Part shown: positions 15,119 to 27,664 of the stretch, piece by piece | Position numbering within the stretch: the first letter of the stretch is position 1 | How the letters are laid out: each line of letters opens with the position of its first letter | Assembly: GCA_012295275.1 (NCBI GenBank) | Contig: CM022676.1 | Span: 17,608,001-17,672,000, forward strand | Direction of reading: 5' to 3' | Source: Chrysomallon squamiferum | Lineage: Eukaryota; Animalia; Mollusca | Length of the DNA stretch: 64,000 nt | Notes under the pieces: model-generated | The model's database searches: none | Seen by the model: the letters and a program-made list of their open reading frames with translations, nothing else | Told to the model about the DNA's origin: nothing | Translations under genes and position numbers: made by a program

Positions 15119-15391
15119 GTTATTGTTATTTATTTGTTTCATTTTTTTCTCTTTCATAGTTTTATTTGTTTTAGATAGAATTTTTTAAATTGATATTCTT
15201 CTTCTTAAACTGTTTCTATATCTCTCTTTCCCTGTTTCTCTGTCTACATCCTTCTTTTATATGTTCATTGTTGTTGTTCTTCTTCCTGTTCTTCTTTCTT
15301 TTTTTTTTCTTTGGTATTTTTCTGTCTTTGTCATTGTTAAATAAAATTTGAAAGTATTTATTTATTTCTTTTATGAATTGTTCTTAAACCT

Positions 15392-15565
<174 letters not shown>

Positions 15566-15934
15566 TCTTTATTATTATTATTATTATTATTATTGTTATT
15601 ATTTTCACAGAGACTTGTAAGACAAATTTAGATTTAGTGTTTATTGTTGATGCGTCGGGCAGTATTGGTGCGCACAACTTTATACGTGTTCAAAACTTTC
15701 TCGTTGACGTTGTCCGAGGCCTCGACATCAGCGCCGACCACACCAGAGTAGCTACCGTCAGCTTCAGCAGTTCCCCGTATGTAGACTTCGACCTTTCAAA
15801 GTACAGGAACGTCAACGGTGTTGTCAATGGAATTAATAACGTGTATTACGACGGGGGAGGTACTAATACAGACACAGCAATCAAAATGTGAATCACGGAA
15901 TCCGAAAAAACTCGAAAAATGTTGCCCGGACGTT

Positions 15935-16290
15935 TAAATTATTTTCTTAAATGGTTTTATCAGTCTCAGACCGTAAACTTTTAATAATTTCTTAAATGGA
16001 GTTATCTCTCTTAGACCGTACATTTTTAAATAATTTCCTTATATGGAGTTATCTCTCTTTGACCGTACATTTTTAATAATTTCCTTAAATGGAGTTATCC
16101 CTCTTAGACCGTTCATTTTTAATAATGTCCTTAAATAGAGTTATCTCTCTTAGACCGTACATTTTTAATAATTTCCTTAAATGGAGTTATCTCTCTTAGA
16201 CCGTAGGATACAAAATATTTTCTTAATTAGAATTACCTCCCTTACATTGTAAAATATATTAATTTCTCTAAGTGGAGTTGTCTCCCATGC
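15935..16290. repeat. 46-bp minisatellite, ~8 units
   Basis: Consensus aataatttccttaaatggagttatctctcttagaccgtacattttt; inner units near-identical, outer units degenerate. Confidence 0.9.
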
Positions 16291-16724
16291 GTCGCAACAA
16301 TCATATAGAGTGGAACAGAACAACACTGTGCAGAATCTTGTAACATTGCAAATTTATTAAACTTAAAGAAAAAAAAAAAAGGATAACACGAACAGAGAAT
16401 AGATCTTAATAACGTATGATGTCTCCTGATTTCGTCATCGTTTGTACCACCAGTAGGTCAATAGGAGTGAATTTGTTCTCACTTTGGAACTGCTGTGAAA
16501 ATATGTCGGTCGTAACAAGTCAGTCGTTGTCGAATAGTCTGGTCTAAATTGAGAAAGAAAGAGACCAATGCGAAGCTGAGAAGGAAGAGAACTAATATGA
16601 AAAGACAGTAAACAAACGTCTCGTGAAAGTTCCAAGTGCACTTTCTGAGGATACACGTAGCTGATTGAACGTGGTTTGTGCAGCATACGTCGACAGCGTT
16701 CTTTTCGTTCTTCTTCACGCCTAG

Positions 16725-17734
16725 TCAATCTTCATTCATCTGGAAAGAAGAAACGAAAAGTCTGTTAAAAAGAGGGACGTGTGAGTTCAAATGAAATGGA
16801 AATAAAAAGGTGACGTCTGTGTTGTTGCGTTTCAGAAAACTGAAGGTAACTCACCGTTTCTTCCTCGTTCTTTCTCGACCCTTTTCGTTGTTTTACTTCC
16901 GTTTCCTGACTGCTTGGAAGAAAGTGCTGGAACGTGGTGACCTGTCCGTTCTTTAGTTTCTCTGCCCGGTTGGCAGCAGCGGCGTCGCTCCCGGTGGTGT
17001 CTGCGGTGGCTGCACCAGGACCGGAATGGAAACACTCCTCGCTCCAGTCCGCTACGACACCGTCCTCCGCGACCTCTTCAACCGCGACATCTCCGTCTTT
17101 TGGATTCGTGGCTACCTCTTTCAGAACGAGAGTCTTCGACGCTTCTCCAGCGGTAACCGACCTCCAGTGAGTTCGTACCGAGGGAGGAGTATCCTCTCTT
17201 CATGTTCTTCACAAACTTCGTGTAGAAGAGAAGATTGCAGACTCTGCGGACGGTGAGTCGCAGACCGCACCTGCCTGCTTCTTTGCTCAGCGCCTGCAAC
17301 TCTTTGTCTTCGTAGAGCCTCTTCCGGGCTGGAGCGGTGCAGACGATGTGCAGACTCGAGTACGTTGACCACACCCATGGGTCGTCGGTGCCTGTGTGCA
17401 CCACGAGGTTGCTGTGTCGTTTGCCGTCGTCCGAGCCGACCCTGGGTCGGACGTTCGACGTCAGAAAGACCTTGGCTCTGTTCAGGAATCGCCTGAGATC
17501 TACAGGAAGTTCTTCCAGGTGTTGCAGTTTCGTGCTCCACCTCAACACTGGAACGACGTTCAGGAGGTCTTTGGACACGTACTGAGCAAATGGGCGACCT
17601 TTGGAATCTGTGGAGTTGCAGTTCTTTTGCTTCACCATGACATTGAGATACCTGCGAGAAAACAATTGACCAAGGCGGGAATCTCTCGCGTGAATTCCCG
17701 TTCCAGGACTGACTATCAAACTGTAGTAAGGCAT
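16725..17734 (-). pseudogene. Orphan ORF2 of the inserted element (~297 aa if one frameshift is repaired)
   Basis: ATG 17734 (MPYYSLIVSPGTG..VVHTGTDDPWVWSTY..), GC3-rich codons. Codon bias moves to another frame near 17170 (..GDVAVEEVAEDGVVADWSEE..). Donor gtgagt after 16855, acceptor ttccag before 16739, stop 16725-16727, AATAAA at 16353-16358. Unrepaired, the ORF stops at 17078. Confidence 0.55.
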
Positions 17735-17824
17735 CTTGCTTGTCTTCTCTCTCTTGCAGATTTCTAAAATCACGTCCTTCTTCTCCCGAAGACACTACAA
17801 TAATGAACGAAACTACTCCGTCCT

Positions 17825-17950
17825 AATTTTTTATATACTATTTTTTTTTTACAGTCAGTGATTGGTCTCAGTGAGTCAATGTACCACATGTTACGAGAGC
17901 TACGTCACTTCCGGTTTGCAATCTCATGAAATTGTGGTGTGACGTCACGG
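17825..17950 (-). promoter_or_regulatory. Compact Pol II promoter upstream of ORF2
   Basis: In transcription order: TGACGTCA 17940-17947, CCGGAAGTGACGT 17902-17914, TGACTCA 17872-17878, CCAAT 17861-17865, TATATAAA 17830-17837; ATG ~95 nt further on. Confidence 0.6.
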
Positions 17951-17965
17951 CGGAAAAGAATGACT

Positions 17966-18300
17966 TCAAAATGTGGGGTTTTTTAAACTTCGAGCCCGTC
18001 GTAAAGGAAAACAAAGAAAGTACTCTTCGTAATCGACCCATGCTCCCCTCTTCGGGCGACTCAGGGAGGCTCCCTCCATTCTGACGTGCAACGATGTCTT
18101 CTCTCTGAACACGAAGGATTCCGGTACGACCGCCGTTTCGAAGACGTTTCGAAGGCGTCTCCGGCGGAGATGTTGTCCTCGTCGTCCATGTCGGAAGTTT
18201 GAGTTCCGACCGATACCGTCGCTGGGGGGTCTCTGAGTTCGAACACGCATCGTCGTACCTCCTCCGCCCATCTCTCGCATCGAAAACCACAACGTAGCAC
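17966..18300 (-). pseudogene. 5'-truncated orphan ORF1 of the inserted element
   Basis: RWAEEVRRCVFELRDPP..MDDEDNISAGDAFET joins AVVPESFVFREKT..WVDYEEYF when an 11-nt-period duplication (cgtttcgaag at 18134-18143 and 18145-18154) is removed. Confidence 0.45.
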
Positions 18301-19909
18301 CTATGTCAGTTGGACATTACAATCATCATCATTATCATCATCACCAACATCTTGAGAATCTTCATCCTTACAATAATCATCAGGATCATCAATATCATTA
18401 TCATCATTATCTTCATTACTTTATGTAATACAAAACAGACATTGTTTCTGTTTGTGTGTATATGTGTCTGTATGTGTGTGTGTGTCTGTTTGTCTGTCTG
18501 TCTATACGTTCTATTGTTACTGACAGGTTTGGAAGTCGTGTGCAGAGAACACGGAACTGAGCGGGAATATACGAAGCTGGATTTTATGATGAGTAAATAC
18601 AAAAAGTATCTTAGTACAGGTAATTATTTGTATACCTCTATTATTTTTGTTGTTGTTGTTGTTGTTTTTGTTGTTCTTGTTGTTGTTTTTTTTTTTTTTT
18701 TTTTGTTGTTGTGTTTTTCATTTTTTTAAAATTATTATTACTTTATTATTTTATTGTATGTGTGTGTGCAAATTGATTTGAAAAATATTCTACAGACGTC
18801 AAACAATAAAATAAAAATAAAGAAAGCACCTCCATCCAACGTTTCTAATCCGTGCACTCCGGAAAAGAATGTGAACGGCAACGTCTTTTTTCTCATATCC
18901 ACCAGACAAACGTAAATTCATTTACTGCGACTCGTGGGGTTACGCTCACTTACTGTCCTGTCGCCATGGTGACATCTGGTACCAGAACGCTCAGATGTGC
19001 TCTCTTTACGTCGCAACGAACTCTCCCGGAAACGGAACTAGTTCTCTTGATTACAGTCTTCTGTGTTCCCAAGGCGGTGAATTCTACCATCATCCAAGCG
19101 ATCCGCACAAACACATCAACTGCGGCCCTGACGGCTTCTACTACGTACAGGCGTGTCCCATTCACGTGGTTTTTGACATCAGAGATCGTGCTTGCGTCCG
19201 TCAACACGACATCGGAACAGTTATTGGCTAACCCTTCGTGGATTTCTTCACATGATGTAATAAATTTGTTTTGGTTGTATGATGATGGTAATTACGATGC
19301 ATTTAACACAATAAAATGATGGTAAGATCTCACAGAAACAAAATTCATTATTATTATTATTAAAAACATTATTATTATTTTTATCATCATCATCATTTAT
19401 TTAATTATTTGTTCATTTATTTATTTATTTATTTTCTTTCTAAATATATTTTTGTAAAACAACATAACTAAGGGAATGTTTTCAAATTCAGTTAATTAAT
19501 CAGTCAATAATAAATAAATAATAAAGAATGAAAGAAAGAAAGAAAGAAGAAAAGAAGAAACAGATATAGAAACAAAACTCAATTGATTAATATTCTACTT
19601 GTCTAAATATCTGTAATACTAAATAATTTTGAATTACTGATTATGTATATATGTATATTATTTTTGTGTTTGTTTGTGTGTCTTTGTCTGAGCGTTATAT
19701 AACAGTTACGTGGATATTTTTTCTTGTTCTTTTTCTATTCATCTTTTATCCTCCCAACCATGATTCATAATAGTCTGCGGTTATTTGATTTGTTCTTTTA
19801 TTCATTCATCTGATAATTCTTCCATTTATCATTCATCGATCCATTCATTAGCTATGTTCTCAAATGTTTTCATTCTTCATTCTTCCATTCATTATTTCTA
19901 TCGTTTCAG

Positions 19910-20225
19910 TTCACCCTGTACTCGTGGATTCTTCAAAACAAAATAATTTTGTCGTGGCTCATCTAGGACAAACAGTCTTCTTAAACAAAACTGTTTTCTC
20001 CCGTTCCAACACTGTCTGTGAACAAAAAGGGAAATGTTGAACAAGGAAACATCAGCAGTGTTGACGTTGCTGTAAACATCCACAACGTGAAGGTGAAGTG
20101 TACTCGATACGTGATATCACCTTTATTTCGTTACGCTAACAAAAGTGATATTGGAAAGCACGTGCTTACCGTGTTTGTAACCAGTTTAAATGGGACTACT
20201 TTTTTTACCAGACTTGTCACAGTGG
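19910..20225 (+). pseudogene. Isolated frameshifted Ig-like exon
   Basis: tttcag acceptor and G/gtgagt donor, phase 1-1, but 316 nt (3n+1). Reads HPVLVD..VVAHLGQTVFL..VNIHNVKVKCTRY..KSDIGKHVLTV..NGTTFFTRLV, with a DxGxY-like F-strand motif. Confidence 0.55.
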
Positions 20226-21027
20226 GTGAGTTAGTCAGAAAATATAAAATTACATTTGTAATCTCGTCATATTAGTAACTGTTGACGTCGTAGAAGTTGT
20301 AGCAGTAGAGATAGTTATAAAAGTTGAACAAACATTAAAATGAACGGGCTGTGACAGAAATAATGTAATAGTTGTCGAGGTTGTAATGTAGTAATATTAT
20401 TATTATTAGTAGTAGTAGTTTGGTGCTTGAACCAACTTTCTTGTTAATGGTGATAGTTGTAGGACTGGTAGCAGTAGTAACAGTAATTTGTTGTTTCTTG
20501 CTGCTAATAAGAATAGTGTGCGGATAACACGAGCAATATAGCGGGTAGTACCTGACATGCAGTAGTAGTAGCATTGCTAAAAGTAGGAGTAGCCGCAGTA
20601 GTAATTTAAATAGTAGTAGCAGTAGTGATTATAACAGAGTTACTACTATAACTACTACTACTACTACTAGTACCACTTCTATTATTACTACTACTTCTAC
20701 TATTATTACTACTACTACTACTACTACTATTATTGTCATCATCAGTTGTAATAGAAATTATTGTCATTGCCGTTTTCGCTGTAAAATATATATGTGCATG
20801 TATGCATGGGCGTGTGTGTTTGTATACATACATACATACATACATATGAGATCCAGTAGCACTATTTCCCGTTCCTCCCTTTCCTCTCTCTGTTAACAAC
20901 TGATGTAAAATCAGAACGTATCAAGAGAGGTTGTGTTTCTATTGAAGAAAACGACGTCACTGATCACGATCATCTCCTTAAAGATACAGACAGAGAGACA
21001 GACAGTGGAAGAACTTATAATTGAAGA

Positions 21028-21126
<99 letters not shown>

Positions 21127-21149
21127 ATGTTATTATTATTCTTATTGCA

Positions 21150-22630
21150 GTATTTTTGTTCGGGAAGCTTTGGATGATATTTTTTTTTAATAAATTCCGC
21201 GTGTAAACAAGTTGGAGGGATCTTCGTGCAGTCGTTTGCTCGGGAAGCTTGTGGATGATATCGTCCTAGCAATGAAACATCACCTACAGCATCAGTCCTA
21301 GCAATGTATTCCTTACTGATTGACTTTCCTGCAAATTTAACCTTAACAAAATCCTCTTCGTTTATCTCAAGCTGTGTGGATGCGTTACCTGGGTAGATGC
21401 AGCATCAGATTCAACTTGTCTCGTCATCATCACGCTGCTGCACCACTTGTCGTCTGACGTAAGAACACACAGTTCTGGAGTAGGCCTGGTTTTCCTTGCA
21501 CTTGTTCGCTGTACTTTCTTCCAAGGCAGCAGAAACTGCATCTCGAATAGCAGTGTCAGTCACCATCCTGGAACTGTTCTTCGTACGTTTTGTGGCTTTT
21601 TTCTTTCTGGGAGCGGCCTGTGGAGTTCGTAGAATTACGGAAGGGGACACATCCACATCATCAACAGAACTACTGAGAGACGCGGCCGATTTGTCAAGGT
21701 TAGTTGTTGCTGTTGAAGTTGATAGTCAGTCAGTGGGGTGGGGTGATCTGTGAGTAGAAAAAACAAGAAATGTCTCTACTGACATCATTCTGCTGGTCCT
21801 GAATTTGATAATCGATAGTCATACTCTCACTGTCATTATCCACGTCATCAGTCTAATCTTGGTTTGCTTCTATACTCCAGTCAGTGGGTTCTGCTGGAGT
21901 GAAGTGAAGTTTGTGAATAGATCCCTGTTTAAACAAAAACATGCCTGTGCTTTTAAATTCCGATAATATATTCCTCGGAATCATAGCCGACATTTCCGTC
22001 TCATTCACGACAGATTGGATATCATTGTCAAATAGTATCTCAGTGATTCGTGTGCGGAGGCAAAACAGCATCACAATACCAGTATCCGTAGAACTTCAAC
22101 AACCTGTAACGTTATGTTTGACTGGTGGTTGTCTAGTGTGAGAAGATCTTGTGTTCCGTACAGTACTGAATAACATGGTGTATGCACTGAATAAGCAGCT
22201 TTTCATTGGTACATCAATGTGTAGCTGCTCAGCAGATAGGTCTCCTGATGAAGTGGTTGTGGTAGCTGAAACGAGGAAATATGAAATGGGTCGTGTTACT
22301 CCACCTTTACTGATAGAAATAATATGAAAACAATTTTCTAGTTATGATACATGAAATGTGATTTCAGCATAATCTTTGCAGTGAGTACGGAGGAAATTCA
22401 CAAATCTGTCCGGCTAAGATCGACATTAGACACCAAAATTCATACTTTTTGTCAGAGAATCTTTGTTCTCTAGGGAAGTTACATGTCTCCTGCATCAGTG
22501 AGAAAAATCATTTTATCCTAACACGAATCAGTAGATGGCAGAATCTTTCAGTCGTATCCACTCAGTCAGCCAGCCTGGAGAGGGTGTGGCACAACTTACC
22601 CGTAGCAGAACTTAGCCCCTCCTCTGCTAT
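21150..22630 (-). mobile_element. Decayed pogo/Tigger-like (DDE_1) transposase element
   Basis: Frameshifted motifs in the expected order: FIFPR..HF (~22280), LLTLDNHQS (~22130), GIVML/LPPHTNH (~22050), PRNILSEFKSTG (~21960), PQAAPRKK..SRMVTDT (~21600), DFVKVKF (~21345), DIIHKLPE (~21250). Possible TIR remnant at ~22585-22630. Confidence 0.85.
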
Positions 22631-22644
22631 TATACAGTGAAATG

Positions 22645-22710
<66 letters not shown>

Positions 22711-24311
22711 GGTTTTATTTACAAAAGGTACGATAGGAAATGTATTTTAGAAAACTAAAAACCACAACTAAGGACTATATTGTTTATAGATGTTGAACTC
22801 ATTGTCAGATAAACGCGACAGAATCTCAAAACACTCATAATGTTGAGTTATAAAAGCAAGCTAACGTTTTAACATATCTTGTTTTAAATAATCTTAAAAC
22901 ACCAGTCTACGATAATATCATTTCCTCTTTCCAGAACTCTACGAAACACAGAATGATAGTGCAAACTTTCAAAATAATATTCGTAAAATGTACAGCTATG
23001 ACAATTCACTACAATAGATAAATAAATAAGTAAGTAAGTAAATAAGTAAATAAATAAATAAATAAATAAATAACAAAATATTTAAATATCAATTATATAT
23101 TTTTTCCCTCTAACTAGAACTTTGGGAGACATATTTAAATAATTTCATCTTTAAGAAATTTAATGTAATTCCTACGTCTGTCCAGTCAAACAAATGTAAG
23201 TTTTAAGATCCCACCAGCAAATACAATTCTATGATTTGTTTTTCTTTTCTTTCTTTTTTTCTTTTTGACGTTCGCATTGATCCTTTGGAAGTAATGGTTG
23301 AAAGAACGCCAGAAAAATCCATCTTCAAACAGATATGTTAACATAATAATATTACAATCATGTACTTTTCCTCTCATGTTCAGTTTAACCTGAAATAAAT
23401 AAATAAATAAATAAATTAATTAATTAATACATTACTTCTACGACTACTCCGGCAACAATAGGTTGTAGAACTACAAAAAATACAACAACCACTACTACCA
23501 TATTAGTTCTACAATTTCCACACCAACAACAGCTGCCTGAACTACCACGACACTTATGATGTTCCTATGACCATTACTAATGCCATTATTACTGCTACTA
23601 CAACTTCTACTACTACTGCTACTGTCAATATAATCAAAACTGCTACGTGTTCTAATACTACTTCTACTACCACTAATACTACTATTATCTCTAACACTAG
23701 TACACTCATATTACTTCTATTATTACTGCAACTAGTAATAAATAAACGATGTGTTATTAACGTGCTAAAGAATGATGAACAAGAAGCATTAAAAGAAAAA
23801 GGTTCATCACGTGATTCATTTTATCTCAAGTAACAATCACAATAGTATTAAAATAACAAACATTTTAAAATGCAAAACACATGAAACAAAGTATTGTATG
23901 TAGATATATTACTGTACAGCCAGTGTAACACTGATATGTCTCTAATTTCCTGCTGTTTCTAATAAAACAATGACACAAAGAGGAAGATAACTAGGAACAC
24001 ACTAGGACCGGATCTAACAACTTGCATGGCAGGGACTTAGGGAGAGTGGGTGAAAAATATGAATTTAAAAAAAAAAATGTGCTATTGTTTTGATATTTCT
24101 GTTTTTCTCTTGTTGTCGGTGCTATTGCTGTTGTTGTTGTTGTTATTGTTATTATTAATATTATCGGTGTAGATTTTATTTTTACATATTCTTCTAACTT
24201 TGATTGTTGTTATTATTGCTGTCATTGTCATCATCATTACTGTTACTACTGCAACTACTACTACTATTGTAGTTGTTGTTGTTGTTCTTCTTCTTCTCCT
24301 TATTGTTATTA

Positions 24312-24369
<58 letters not shown>

Positions 24370-24762
24370 GGCTTTAGATTATTTCCGTCCACACTGTCCT
24401 GTCAGTGTTCTGATATGACATGTTTAGATTTATCAACACTCTAAATGTGATACTCCCCTATAATTGAGTCTAGATCCTCTGCTGGTGTACTGTGATTGTT
24501 GTGTTCACCATATTTAGAACCAAAACTGAACCCTTCAACTTCCTCCATTTTTTTTAAATCTGCCGAAAACAATTCATCAGTCTGATCATTTACAGTGTTT
24601 TAAATGCCATTATGTAACTATTATTATTATTATTACTATTATTATTATTGTTATTATTATTGTTCTTGTTGTTGTTGATGTTGCTGTTGCTGTTGTTGTT
24701 GCTGTTGTTACTGTCGTCGTCATCATCATCATTGTTATTATTTTTTCGAAGTTGTTTTTATG

Positions 24763-24884
<122 letters not shown>

Positions 24885-25539
24885 TGCAGAGTGTATACGC
24901 CGTTAGGGTACTCATCCATCAACTGGTGACGCGTTTTCAATGTTGTTCAGTAAATATAACAGAGACAGCGTAATTAACGTCAAGACTCGATCTGTTTAAA
25001 ATAGTTTTAAAATAAATGAGAACAGCAACAAAAAGATGAACATGAAAGTCAAAGGGAGAACAGAAATTTGGATTATATGTAGAGAGAGATAGTTGCATTG
25101 GTGCACGAGGAAATTTAAAACAAAATGGATTATTAATAATATTTTATTTTATTTTGTTTTGTTTTGTTTATTTATTTATTTGTTATTTACTTATTTATTA
25201 ACTTATTTACAGAGAGATAACAAACACGATTAGATCATTCATTTAGTCTATGTTTTGTTTATTTTTTTAATCATTTTTATTTCACTCCTTTAGTATATCA
25301 TTGTTATCATCGTTGTTGTTGTTGTTGCCGAAAATATAAAAGTAACAACAATTTATTCTGATGACTTTGAAGTGGTTGGGATAGATAAAAATAATTTGTA
25401 GTCTGCTCTCTGAACAAGACACAAATATTTTCAAGTGCTGCGTTTGTTTATATACCTTTTGTTTGTTGGTTTAAATATGTTATTTATTTATTTATTTATT
25501 TGTTTGTTTGTTTGATTGATTATTATTTATTATTGTTGG

Positions 25540-25591
<52 letters not shown>

Positions 25592-26668
25592 TTGATGTTT
25601 TGTAATATTTGTTTTGTATGAGCCAACACGTGACATACAGAAACACAAACAAGAGTAGACTCTGAAACAGATAGAGAGATATATAAATAGATACCCCGAC
25701 CGACATACAAACAAATATATAGATTAAATGACTGACTTACTGATAGTTTAAGTGATATACAGATACATACAAAGGTATATAAAGAATAAACACAGAGACA
25801 GATAGAGAGACGGAAAAAACAGAGATATAGGCAGATACACAGAGAGAGAGAATGACACATAGTGACAGTTATCTGAAGAATGCATTAACTGTTATGTGTA
25901 TTTATATGACACAGACAGAACATCACGTTTTCTAAAGAGAAACACAGCAACAGTATAATTAAATAATTTTTAATGACAAACAATCTGTTTATAAAATAAC
26001 TAAATATTGTTAATATGAAACTGACAGAGAGATTGTTTCAGAGCACGCAGATACGTGCAGAGTATTTACATTATGTGTGAATCATCACATTTGCACATTT
26101 TAATAACAAACCTATTTCACTATTAAAATACAAAAAATCACTAATCAATGTGTTACACTATGATTAAATAAAAACAGTAATAATATCCTGTACACTGAAA
26201 GAAAATCTTTACAAATATACATCAACTTTAAAAATAGTTACAGATACAAACATATAAAATTACATATCAGATATATACATTCATAAAGATAAATTATATA
26301 ATATATTACTTAGAAAAATATTTTTAAGAAACATTACTATTCAATATAATATAATTTATTCAATACACACATAGACATAAAATGAAGAAAAAGAAATGTT
26401 TACACAATTTTTACTCGCATACATCACACTCACAAAAACACACGTACACACAGACAAACATACGTTGATATACATTCACACATATACACACACCGTCACA
26501 CACAATTACACACACACACACACAAACAAAACACAGAGAGACACTCTCGTCAGATATTTCAGTTCGAGTGTCTGCGGAAACTCTCACTTGTAAAACAAAG
26601 CAACAACTTGAACATTCGACGTTTCAGTTTACAATGAATGCAGTTACGTTGTTAATCCTTCCTACTTG

Positions 26669-26736
<68 letters not shown>

Positions 26737-27489
26737 GCATACATTTGTTGAACTTTCTGTTTCCTCATCAGGAGATTCATTGTCAACCTGGAAGTAAGAA
26801 AATATAAATAAAAACGACATCGTTCATTTGCATAACTGTCACGCCTTGCTTAACATCCTGGATACATTCTTAGAAACGTGACGTAAACAGTTCAACGTTG
26901 TCAGAACAAAACACTATGAACTATATTTTTGTGCTCACACTACTGTGCAGATATTTCTTAAGTGAGTGAATTATTTAAAAGTATTGTACAATACAATAAC
27001 CACATTGTATAAAGTAATTACACAGCTAGTTGTTTTATCCAGCTCAGTACTGTTATCCTGTCCTTGTAAAACTGATCTTGTTTTAGACACGCATTAGTGC
27101 GATCTTCAGTCTGCTACATTTATTTATTTTATTTATTTATTTGTTTATTTATTTGTTTATTATTTATTTATTTACTTATTGATTTATTTATGCAAACTAA
27201 GCAACACATGACTTTGTACACATGTATATACGTTTTCATGCATTTTATTGTGTGTGTATGTGTGTGTGTTACATACACTTGTAGAAAATGTATTTTTCTA
27301 TTATTTGTATTTAATAATAATAACATTGACATAAATAAATAAATAAAAAGGAAACATATTAATAAAAGAATCATGATCAAAACTATCAGATTTAATAATT
27401 AAAGAAGAAAGAAGATGAAAAAATAAAAACTAAAGAAGAGAAAAATAGAACCTAAAACAAAACAAAACGAAGAAGATGAAGTAAAGTAA

Positions 27490-27559
<70 letters not shown>

Positions 27560-27664
27560 GTATGTATATAAAATAGTGAAAAATAGTGAAATAAAAAGTC
27601 TGAAGAAGAAACTGGAAGAAAGAAAAACACAAAGAAAATAAGTAAAATGTAACGTATCAACTTA

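Larger units (their letters stand above)
15890..18305 (-). mobile_element. Unclassified inserted element (virus-like or transposon fragment) inside the VWA gene
   Basis: Abrupt junction with the VWA exon; 46-bp repeat array at the left end; GC-richer, microsatellite-free, coding-dense interior antisense to the host gene; abrupt return to host-type simple repeats at ~18305. No TIR pair or TSD found. Confidence 0.65.

Noticed and set aside
15935-16290. CRISPR-like array
   Set aside because: Contiguous tandem units with no unique spacers; eukaryotic context and no cas genes.
17450-17720. SPGTG..PFAQY..KVFLTSN as a superfamily-3 helicase (parvoviral NS1-like)
   Set aside because: Walker A lacks GK[S/T] and there is no acidic Walker B; the resemblance may be chance.
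17121-17795. 224-aa ORF overlapping ORF2, as a possible overprinted viral gene
   Set aside because: It is the -1 frame of a GC3-rich ORF, which is often stop-free by composition; it starts at GTG and has R/Q/S-rich off-frame composition. Not supportable without conservation data.
18527-18600. Possible small exon of the VWA gene after ttactgacag
   Set aside because: No frame gives recognisable VWA or linker sequence; cannot be supported.
23300-23389. Similarity of DCNIIMLTYLFEDG to the Deltex C-terminal domain
   Set aside because: The following HPNPG and AYLP motifs are absent.
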